Source: Botryllus schlosseri (Eukaryota). From it: a DNA stretch of 64,000 bases. Below, one piece after another: positions 28,601 through 40,600 of this stretch; the first letter of the stretch is position 1; the number at the start of each line of letters is the position of its first letter. Location of the stretch: NCBI GenBank assembly GCA_051294905.1, contig CM119384.1, positions 6,324,001-6,388,000 of the forward strand. The letters run 5' to 3'. The notes below the pieces were generated by a model. It saw only the letters and a program-made list of their open reading frames with translations. It was not told where the DNA came from and made no database searches. The translations under genes and the position numbers were made by a program.

Positions 28601-31600
28601 TACATACTTCCACAATAGAATCCATTGCCAAAGTAGCCAGCGTTACAAACACATTTAGCTTCGCCATTAACTGTTCGGCACGCCGCTTGTTGATTGCAAG
28701 GCCTTCCGAATCTTCTGTGGCAATTAGATTTGGGAGTTCCGCCTAAAATCGAACGACATTTAATAATACATAGTTCACCACCGTCCAATGTTAGCACGCA
28801 CGTCCACAGTATAATCCATTTCCATAATAACCGGATCTGCATTGGCATCGGTATCTCATTCCGTCTTTGACGCACTGTGCATTTTCGTTGCAGTCACGCC
28901 CGAACGCGAGTTCGCATGGTTCTAGTAAATAAGAAATCAAATTTGCATCATCTTAAATTAAGCAATCAGTAAGGTCTCAAAATTAAAAATGATTGCACAT
29001 AAATAGCAGCAACACACTACATGAAAAACCAATGTACACAAATGCACATGGCCATCGGTTAAATCACAACGTCCAGTAATCACGTTCTTCAGTGCTTCAC
29101 ACTCACTGGCATGCATTTTTAAACAACCATCTTTAAAATTGAGGTAGTAGCTGCTGCTGGTCTGATGTCTATTGGCCATGTTATTATTGCTGTATAGGAA
29201 AGGTTACTTAGGCCCATTCAACCAGGAGCATAACCGAATAGCTAACTTGTGACCGAAGTTGTCTTACCGATAACATGTCTAACACGTTTAACTAACAAGT
29301 CTCTGATTATGGCAATACAAATAATGATAATATATGCATATTCACTTACTTCTACACATAATTCCATTTCCAACGTATCCATCGTTGCAGATACACTCGG
29401 GATCGGCTCCACTTACATCACAACGCGCATTAGCAGAGCATCGGCGTCCATACCGTCTGTGACACTGGTTGACCCAACGCCCGGCTAAAAAGAAAGTTAT
29501 CTCGCTTCAAAAATACTCATTACTATGTAACTGTTGAAGGTTATGATAAGTCACAGTCAATACAACATTATGACTATTTGATTGGATTTTCATGATGATA
29601 GCACACATTGCATTATGTATAAAAAAAAAAACATTGATATCGCAGGCGTATTTAAGAAATAAAACGAAAAGATAGATAACCTACAACAAAACAGGGTGTT
29701 AGATTTGGTTATAAAATTCAGAACAAAAAAAGTTCATCTATGAGATATTCATGTGCCAGTGCAGTAACAGTTCTACATCAGGCAAAGACAGTAGGATATG
29801 AATGAATATAAAATTGACATCAATCCGTCCTATTTTTGGACATATTAATTCACTATATACTGGAACCTACATCGACAGTAAAATCCATTTCCAAAGAATC
29901 CTTCTTTACATCTACACTGAGGCAAGGCGCCTTGAACACATTCTGCATCTCTGTGACACCTTCTTCCAAACCGTCTTCCACAGACATCCCTCTCTCGATT
30001 GCCTGTATTTCACAAATTAGTCAGTGAGGATCCCAACAGGTACGGCTGTATTTCAAGATTTTTTTCTAAGTCGCAGACTGAAATCCAGCTGGTCTATCTG
30101 GGTATATGTGCTCTAGGGAAAGGGAATTTGGCTACAGATAATAATATAGACCAAGGAATATAATCACACGGTCAACTTTGATACAGAAGAAAACCAATAG
30201 GTGTTCAGTAATAAAGTACTTCTACATTTATTAAGTACTCAAGTGAGTTTTGACTGTCTGATTCCACTGATAGTTACATTTTAAAGCACTTTAAGGTATA
30301 CTTCCATAACTTCTACTATTTAGAATTTGTCAAGAAGAAAGTTATATATGGATTGGATAGATTCGCATCTTGTTGTGGGTGATATTGCTAAGGCAACTGG
30401 GCGATGTATTATAATTTTGAGAAATGGACCTGGACCTGCTTTCATCATCATTATAGTCATGCATAAACTAATTTTGAAATCTGCCACCAGCGATTGACAA
30501 AGGCTTAATTCTCATCACGCACATCTAATGAAGGCAAATTTGTAGGTACAGTGTCAGATGAAAATTTATGAGCTGTAGTAATTGTATTAGGAATGGCACT
30601 CTAACACGTTTAAGCAACCATACGCCTAAACACAGCGTAACAAGAATTCCAGCCACGGCCTCGTTCTTACTTAAGCAATAGCGTCCATTTCCGATATACC
30701 CAACTTTGCATCTGCATTCATACTTGTCGCCTACTTGATAGCAGTCGCCATTGTGGGAACAATACGAGAACAGGTTCCTGTAACACATCGAGCCATGCAC
30801 CTGCTTGTCAGATGGGGCAGGTGCGGGAGTAGGAGTGGACGGGACGCCTGAAACTGAATATTACACTTTACTGGCACCCATTGAAGGGATATCTGGTCCG
30901 TGCAAAAAATACCGCATGTTGTGGGTTCTCCCAGGAACTCGACAATGGTATCTCCACTTGTTCGGTACGCGTTAATAATTCCGGCCCTTGATGCATCGCC
31001 CATGGAAGACACCCAAATACTGAAACATGAATAACAGACATTTTACATTTTTTTGTGTAGTTGTTTATCCAGTTTAAACTGGCATTAAATAGATAAAATT
31101 ATCATTTTATTACATATTATGCACATCTATATGATTATTGTCATTATTACAACACATAATTGATATTGGTAATCGTCAGTAACTAGTCGAGAATTGAAAA
31201 GAACTTTGAATAAAATTTCGCTTTGAGTCATGAGTCGATCTACATCTAACGCTGAGTTATAATGACAATATATAATATGTATAATTGTATATACATCCTA
31301 TATACATCATATATGCCCAAATTACCTACAGATGATAATTATTATATTTGTGACTTGATGACCCAACAGCTGCATCGTTGGACACCATTTCAATGAAAAA
31401 GCGATTCTCTTAATATTGGAAATGAAGCTTAGTAATATCCACCAAAGTGTAGTCATAAACCGGAAACTAACGTGAAAGTTAAAGTGAGTTCGGCCTTTCC
31501 GTCGGTAGCGACATTGAAATTGACTTGATAATTTGCTCGTCTGAATCCATTGTAGCCGTTATAAATTCTCTGCAGGCCATCTCTTGCGCGTTGGAAGTTC

Positions 31601-34600
31601 GACTGGAACCACGCATTGTAATTACCTTCAGCGATATCGGCTCTCACCAGAAATCTGAGGCAAGATTCCCTATCTGCAAAAAAGAAAAAGTGATTATCGT
31701 ACAGTGCACTTATGTGTAGCTGCCTTCAAGTTATCATCATTAGCACTTTGTGGATTAAGGACGTTTGATTTTCATGTCTGCTACTGCTACAACAGCAAAA
31801 AGGATAAAGAACAAGGTACGCGTGTAGTGTCCTGGCGATCATCGGCATTCCAGATGTTTCATAATACAGCGGTGTGTATTTTGCCTTCCAAAGCTATGTC
31901 AGTAGTGAAAAATGTTGAATTAAAAACTCACCAACGGGACAGTCGTCTGCTGGAATGCAGGTGGCATCAACAGAGCTTCTTCGGATCATACCCTGCGGGC
32001 AGACGCACGGATCATTGCGATTGCACCCTCGGTTACACCTCGGTGTAGGGTTTTCGCATGTAGGTGGACAATTCGTGGCGCATCTGACCCTGACTTTCAT
32101 TCCGGAGCATTTTTGTTCTTTGAAAAATACAGAACATGAGTATCGAAAAAGCAGCGTACAGTAGTATGTACTGTAGGTAGGAATTTAAGAATATATGTAT
32201 CTGTATCTGGTAAAGGACTGGAAAAAACTGTTGGCACAGAAACTGACATTAGTTGTCTTACCTTAAATATGGCACATTTGACCTAAATCATAGCCCGTTC
32301 CATGTTACAAAGACGGAAAATTCGCTAACATGAGGTTGAAGAAATACAACCTGATAGTGATAAATATGGAATAGAAGTATATAAATAAAATGAACACAAG
32401 CAACCAAAGACACCGTTGAATAATCCAAACAGAATGTCCATGAACCCATTACCCTTTATTTTAACACGTTAGGGCAGTGCTAGTTTAGACACTTAAAAAC
32501 CCACAGCAAACTCACCAACGCATTTATTATTCTGGCGTATGTAGCCAGATTTGCACGAGCAAGAAAGTCGGTTGGATCCTTGACAGTTGCAGATGGTATT
32601 CTCGACTTTGTCTTCAATTTGACCACCTGAATTACGGAATAATGATGTATTTACCTCATGAAGCCTAGTTCTGAATGATGATTATAAGGTTGTATTCACT
32701 ACTTTAATGATGTTTCAAACTAAGACTCAACCAATCAATATGCAATCGAGGATCGGTGTAATACGATTTGAAAGTCTTGACTGCATTGCAGCAGTGACTG
32801 CATTGCACCATTGACTGCATTGCAGCATTGGCCGCATTGTATTGCTGTTCAATGCACTCAATCAGTATCAATATCAGTTTATTATTATTTTCATCATTTC
32901 AAAACACCACAAAACTGCGATACAATGAAAAGATGGGAAGGTGTCGAAATGACTTGGAAATTGTCTTTGAAATCAGACACCCACACCCAAATGGCAAGAT
33001 TGATATAAAGATCATGTTTCACAGTAGTCATCATGGTCAACATATCTCATTCCACATTGATAGGGTAAAAAAATTGCATCAAATGATGCTCAAATAAATT
33101 CATCAACAAAAGGTAGCACATAACCTTGATTTCATACACTGCGCGTTAATTTAAATCTGACGTTTATGAAAATTATGGACATTCAACAAGAATTATGTTC
33201 ATGGAAGCTTGACTGAATGACTTAATTTACTTTCAAAGCTGTTGGGTAGAAGTTGAAACATACCACTGCTACATTCAAAATAGTCTGAATCCACTCGAAA
33301 TAACATTATAACTGCACTGACCAGTGGATACATAAAATCCTTGAAGAGCGCAACCGCATTGGCTTCTCACAACGCACTTGTTACCGTCGTACACGTATCC
33401 GAAATCACAAACGCAAGCTTCCACGACATCATCAGAGTCGCACCTATGACCAACAGTCCGATAAGCGACAATGCTCAGGATCAAAGCAATCGTAAACTTA
33501 CGCCAATGAAGCGAATGGGTTAAGGCAGGTGTCCTGGCAGACAGAAGCGCAAGGTGTGTACGTGCTGTGAGTCGGACAGTTAGGTGCGGCCATTTTAGCA
33601 GCTGGCCTCCAGTCACATAATTCAACTCCCCGGTCCAAACAATTCATTGCGTAATCTTCGAAGATCTGATGAATACAAATGGTCGGTAAAAATTCACTGT
33701 AGCTAACGAGTAGGTTCTTCTGCGAAACACTGCTATATCAATAGCAGTAACAAACAGAAGTAACCAATGCATACTCAATAATATCAGCAAAAATTTGGAT
33801 AATAATAATTGATAGAGCGCAATATATCATCCTTACACAAAGGCGCTGTACAAAGGCGTTCGTAACATATCGAAAGTATAACGATATGTATACAAGACCG
33901 AATGCATAGTTGTAAGCAATGAATGGATAACATCTAAAAGAGTGAGGCATTGCAGAAAGGAATTTCATGATAATACATGGCGTGCGATAAATTACTGGGA
34001 ATGTTGAATTGATGTTCAAAATCATTGAAAATGAAATTGAAGGCATTTTAATTACTGAAATAGTACCGTTTTTATAGATCATGTAATTTATATCACATTG
34101 AGATTCGTAACGGCATATAACCAAATATAGTATCTCTATCTCTCTCTCACTCTCTCTTTATTACTGAAACTTTTCAGGTTGCTTTGAATGAAGCTAGTTT
34201 ATGAACTTACCATTGAAATGATGTCGGCGTTACCCGCGTCATCGCAAGCATCTTCAAGACATCTCTGATAGTCGCCATCCGAATCAGCGGAAACGCAACC
34301 ACCGAAAAATCCGGCACGATCACGTAAAGCCCCGCAAGCATCGGAACCAGACCTTGGCAAATAATTGTGCATTTAATGGGGGCTAATTTCTGAAAACAGC
34401 TCAGAAGCACGTTTCATACTAAATTACAAGCTCGTAATGATAAAGCGATATAACACCATTCACTTCATATAGTGCATCAGTATGTGCATTGCGTAATCAC
34501 CACAGAAACGAGATTTAGAAGCCAAACGCCAGTATATTCACTAAATACCATTTCAAGTGGATTTATTGTGTCTTGTCCATTGCTGTGCATATATCATCAT

Positions 34601-37600
34601 CATCATTGGTTTATTAGCAATTTTATCAGTTCAATACACCACAAAAAATGCGATACAATGAAAAGACAGGAAGATGTCGAAGCGACAAGGAGTAGTCTAT
34701 GGAATCTGACACCCACCTTGGCCTAGGCCAGTGGTTCCCAACCGGGGAGGAATTCCCCCCTTGGGGGGAATTTTACAATTTTTAGGGAGGAATTCCACTT
34801 TAGAATTGTAACGGATTTTCCAAATCGTTCATGTCCGAACTGTCATGTAGTCAACCAGCTATATCCGAATGTATGCTCCTTATGGCTTTTTTTGCTGAAA
34901 GTATGTTCAAATGCTATTTGAAATCTCTTTTTCACATACAAATTCCTCCTTGTTTTTTTTTAAATTAGTTCAGATGTGCTGCAGCTCGCAAGGCAATTTT
35001 GTAGGCCAGCGACGTCCTCTCAATCAAATATATCCTAAGCGAGCAAATGTCGTGCCGAATCTATCGCAACCAGGCCTCCAGTGAAGGTATTTATCTTATA
35101 TTTTCAAGTCAACATTTTCAGACAGTGACAAAATATTCCAACGTCATCGATTCAAGTCAAACAGATCGCTAGCCTTGCTTTATTTTTAGTGAGAACAGCT
35201 CCCCGATCGAAAAAAGACACGTTAAACTTGGTGCGACGTTGCCGAAACGTAATGGGTTTCCTAAATTTCAATGAGCTCCAGCAGGAAATCTCATCGCGTG
35301 TATGTTATATATCAGGGCTGCAACCTAGTCACGATGCTCCGAGTCACAAGTCAATCTCACTTCCATAGTTTTGACTCGGGAGTCAAGTCGAGTCATTTTC
35401 AATTCAGCATTGAGTCAAGTCCGACTCCAAGTCACCGAGCAGAGGGATCGACTCCGAGTCATTGTAATGGTATTATGACTCGAGCTCGAGTCGAAGTCAT
35501 TGTGTTGACTGATGCTCAGTTTCCAGTTGAAGTCTTGTTAAACCCACTTTTTATAACTCTGTTTGGTGATATTGAATAATTTGGATTTATATTATACTAA
35601 TTTTCCTCACTTTGAGCAGTTTCTTGTCGCATTTTCAAGTATCAAGACCAATAGACGAAATTCCAATCGGTGGTCACTTTACTGTTTTTCGAAATTACAA
35701 TGATATGTCGGTTTTGGCCGTCTTATAGTCTCGAGTCATATGGCTTGGTTCGAGTCATGCGCAATGACTCGAGTCCAAGTCAAGTCAATACACAGATTGT
35801 CTTGATTCGAGTCGTTTCCGTATATTGAGAAAATGACTCGAGTCAGGTCGAGTCATCAGAAAATGGTGCATCGAGTCTGGTCAACCCTGCTATATATGAA
35901 AATAACAATATTATTGGCCAAATGCATAGGCAAACGTGAGAAAAAAAATCGCGAGACCAGTAAATTTATGCATACTGATTTTTCACAGCAGATGTATTAG
36001 CGATTGGTGCATCGTAAGCCGGAAACACAAATGGAAGTGTGGGGGTCTGTTGAGTCAAGCCTCCCAGAATTTGTTTGATTGGGACCGAGACCATTGTTTT
36101 TGGAGGTCTAGAAAGTGTTGTTACAGCCCTGCTAGAAACAAACAATCGGTTCCCGCCCGTCTTATTCTCCTAGTCAATAGGTGTTTGCGCAGTAAAAATT
36201 ACCTTTTTTAATCATCGGGCAGATTTCTCCTAAGGGGGGAATTTTGGCTCAAATTTCGGCCAAGGGAGGCACGAGACGAAAAAGGTTGGGAACCACTGGC
36301 CTAGGCGATGTAAAGAGGAGGCATGCACACTGAATGAAAGTAAAGAAGATAGTATAGAAAAAGAATGCGACAAGAAATAGGGCAGCATGTCATGGGAAGC
36401 GAGATCGATAGGTCAGTCGTGGTCCGGTAATCTTGAGGATGGACTGTATTTATTTAGTAGTAATTGCTTGTATTTCGACTTGAATGTGGACATGCTCGTC
36501 GACTGTCTGATGGCCGGCGGGATACTGTTCCACACATCAGGTCCGGCATATTTGATGGAGCGATGATCTTTTCGGTCGATCATATGATATTTGGACGACG
36601 TGGACGCGCGTGTGTTGTACTTGTGCGCTTTTGATTCAGAGGTAAAGAAGTCATTGAAATATTCGGGGCAACGACCGCAGTGAAACTGATACATAAACTT
36701 GGCGATTTCTAGTTTCCGCATATCTTCTATGTTTAGGACGCCAAATCTCTTCAGCAGCGACTTATTGGATGGGCAGCCAGGCCCTTTTGGAGCCCTAGCT
36801 ATGATTCGGAGTACTTTATGCTGTAGTTTCTGCAGTGGCTTGAGTGCAGTTTTACTGGCAGCCCCCCAACAGAGGATGCCATAATGTAACTTCGATTGGA
36901 TTAAGGATTTAAAGAGTATCAGAAGAACCCATGCTGGCATGAAGCGCCCAAGGCTGTAGAACAGGCCGCACTTCGGTGATAATTTAGTTTCTAGGGACTG
37001 AATATGACTCTTCCAGGACATGTTCGAGTCCAGTAAAACTCCGAGATATTTGGCATTATCTGTGTTGGAAACGGGCTGACCAGCGATATTAACGGTTAGG
37101 CTATTTTTTGAATTTACTGTCAGCAATTGCGATTTCGAGGCGTTTATGCAAAGGTTGTTCTGGGCCGTCCACTCATGGACTTTGGGCATTTGGTCACCAG
37201 TCAGGGCATCCAGCTCTGCCGTCGAAGATGCGGAAGAGAGGAGGTGAGTATCATCAGCGAACAGTGTGGTGTTCAGTGAGGAGGTTTCAAAAATGTCGTT
37301 GACATATAAGGTGAAAAGGACCGGTCCAAGTACTGAGCCCTGGGGCACACCACAGGTCACCGGGTGAGGAGAGGACAAGGTGTCTGAGATCGCAACCATT
37401 TGTTGGCGTCCAGTGAGGTAACTTTTCATGAGCTCACCATTTCATGTTTCGCTTTCTCAGTCAATGACTTTGTGGAAAAATTAATCTGTCTCGCTGACTA
37501 CATAATAGATAAACACAATTATCGGAGTTGGATTTGCAAATTTCAAGTGAAATTTCCTGATAATCATTCAGTTAGCATTTCTAATAGAACCAAATTACCC

Positions 37601-40600
37601 AACTACTAGCTGGTACTAGCAGGCCATACAATATTTTTATAATCTCAGTGACTGCAAATTTATTTTATATGTTAGCTGATCATTGTTTTTCGAAGCTATT
37701 GGTTTGAAGGATGAATTGCAGTTTCTCCACAATGCGATTTTCAAAATAAGCAGGAGATTTAAAATAGCTAGTTTTAACATAGATTTCGGATATGATCTCC
37801 CGAATTTACCAAGCACCGCAGAAATTCCTTATCTTAATCTAGAAATCTGCAAACATGGTTATGCGTAAACAGTGGTATCTCTAACAGAGGCATTTACAGC
37901 CACGTGTTCTGGACTGGAGCGCCCAAGTTGACCAAACAATCTATAAATTCCTTATAATAATCTGGAAATCTACATGCTTATGTGTAAACAATGGGCTTGA
38001 GATTGTTACTGCACAGTGCACATACACATGCACAGAAGGTCAAAAGCGGATTACAAATATCGGCAATTCCTTACCAGCGAGACACTTGCTGTGCTGTGCA
38101 ATCGGATACAGCTCCCGGCGTTACCTCATCGCAAGCTTCTGTTTGATGACTTTGGACAAATTGCGCGAAAGTGTTGGCCGTATTTCCATCTTGCATCATC
38201 CAATCATCATTTGCTTGCTCGTTGAAATTGCCACACACGCCACATACCTTGAAAGTAATAAGAAGGTATGGAACAGCATAGAAGAATCCTTTTTACGGAA
38301 ATCGTGAATATATAACTGGAAAGTGTTATGCTAAGGGAGAGTCAAACTCGATGGCCCCAAACCACTTCAGCAAGTGTGTGCACTGCTGCTGGCTTTGAAT
38401 CTGGATCAGCGTAAATGAATATGGATGTTCAGACGTGGTCCTGGCGGTAGGCGATGTCTAGAAGTTTGTACTAGTTGAATGTGAATGAGTCACTGTTTGA
38501 TCTTCTCGTGTTTTTTCATACAACGTGTGAACGCGAGCTCAGTGTGTGGAGTCGGGGGTAACGAGCCGTTTGAGCATCACATGAACAATTTGAACATTGA
38601 ACATTGGTTACAATTGATGTTCAATTGGAGTATTTGGTTGTATTAAGGTCTATCAGTAGTATTTTCGTATCAGTACTATTATGTATTTATTTATAAGCTA
38701 TCCACTCAAACAAAAGTTTAAACTGGGAAGAATAGACAAATGAACGTTAGCTATACGTGAACTTGGCACTACAATCCGTGATTGACGATGCATTGTACAC
38801 CTCGTTAGCGTTGAGCATAAGCACGTAAGAGACAGGAAATTTCTCATTGATGTTTATCATATGCGTACATCAACAGCCACTGTTGACTTTGAAGCGATGG
38901 AATCGGATTTTAAAGATAACTCAATGCCTAAAAGACACGTACATGCGATCGAAATGGAGATAAAAGGGCAATGCTACAACATAAAACAACACACCTCTCC
39001 CATGTAAGACCCGGATAGTTTCACGACAACTCCGCGGCCGTTGAATCTCACAACCAAACCGTTGGCCGTCTTCAATTGGATGACTCGTCTTCCCCGGCGG
39101 CTGATCGAGAACATATGGGTACTCACTTCGGCGACAGAATTACCGTTCACCTGGAGAAGAATTTGCGTGATAAACATTCGATGTTATGAATGTGAGCCAT
39201 TCTACATCAATCGAGCAGAGTTGAAAAACGTGGGTTGAACCGGATTGAGCTCAAAACTGAACAGTGAACGCAATGACTTGGACTGGGACTCGAGTCACAA
39301 CAATATGACTCGGACTCGGCCCTCTATACTCACTCTGTCTTGACTCGGTGATGATTTGAAAATGACTCGAGTTGACTCGAGTCAAAACTATAAAGGTGAC
39401 TCGGAACCTTGCGACTTGGTTACAACCCTGGATAAAATGGTCTGAAACCATAGCGACTCCAATAAATAGACTTTAAGTACAAGTATTCAATATCACAACA
39501 AATATTGTATATATATTGCCAAATTTGTTCCACCTGAGTATGCAGTACAAGTAGGTAACACCTACTCGAGCACTTCGAAAAAGTAAAGTTCTTCGTTACT
39601 GACTATGTATTATACGTAGATGCAATTTCAAATTCGCATACCGTGGCCTGAGCTCCCTTCTGCAGGACGACCTCCATTTCTCCACCTTCGAGTACAATTT
39701 TGACGCTGTTGACGAAAGCTTTTCGCGTGTTTCTTCGCCTTTCCTCTTTCACGACTGTCACCGCGAACCACCGCGGATCTGCGTCGTTCATTTGACATGT
39801 CTCCGCCAGTCTGTACGTGCATTTTCCGTTGAAACGGTACGATCTAGCTTGATCGAAGGACTTGTGTTGAGATCCCCCGTAAATACGACAGGTACCTTCG
39901 CCTAAAATAAGAGTGCCACGTTATAATATGGGAAAGACCCTTTGGACGAATGCATGTTATTAAGATAGTGACGTCATAACTACGAAACGTGTTTCTTAAA
40001 ATAATGTTGTTTGAACCTAATCGCGAATGGTGGTTTATAAGAAAATAATACCCTTAAAGCGTCGGGACAAAATTTTGACGTGAATACCAATTAGAGAAAA
40101 ATTCCGCAAGACATTCGGCCAAAGAAGTAAATCTATAGAGAAGTTCATATCATAGAGCATTAATTTCGAACCAAAATTGCAACGTGTATCAAAATTCCAG
40201 CGAATAGCGCATTATCTATGTATTTCTGATAAAAACGGTGATAATGTTTGGCACGCTTCGATCAAGATCTCGCACGCGTACGAGAATAGCTTCAACAATA
40301 ATGGGACACGTGGATAATGGAACTCGATACATCGCTAATCTCATCATGATCGGCCTTATCGCCGAACTTGACCCCCGCCGTGAAATGAACAGGCACACTA
40401 ATGCGAAAATGATCGACGTCCGCGCTCACTTGTCGGCCTGCAGGCTTCCCTTCCCTTGCTGTCGGTACCGCACGTTTCGCGTTGCCTGCATCGCGTGTCG
40501 ACACACGTCATGCCTTGATTGCGACAAGTGCACCGCTTGCTGCACGAATCCTGGAGGAAAGATTCTCCGGCCTGCCAAAAGGAATGAAAGGGATCTAATC

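Larger units (their letters stand above)
34590..37432 (-). mobile_element. 5'-truncated non-LTR retrotransposon with its 3'UTR interrupted by a hAT element
   Basis: ORF2 is followed by 3'UTR 36412-36299, which resumes at 34728-34590 across an 8-bp TSD. It ends with a stem-loop, AATAAA and an (ATG)n tail. Confidence 0.85.

Noticed and set aside
35330-35880. CRISPR-like array of GACTCGAGTC palindromes
   Set aside because: Irregular spacing, very short motif, eukaryotic intron, and bounded by hAT TIRs and a TSD: these are subterminal transposase-binding motifs.
39860-39885. Apparent frameshift at the start of VWD2
   Set aside because: Recounting the run (five C on the plus strand) gives TAC GGG GGA TCT CAA CAC, which is in frame.
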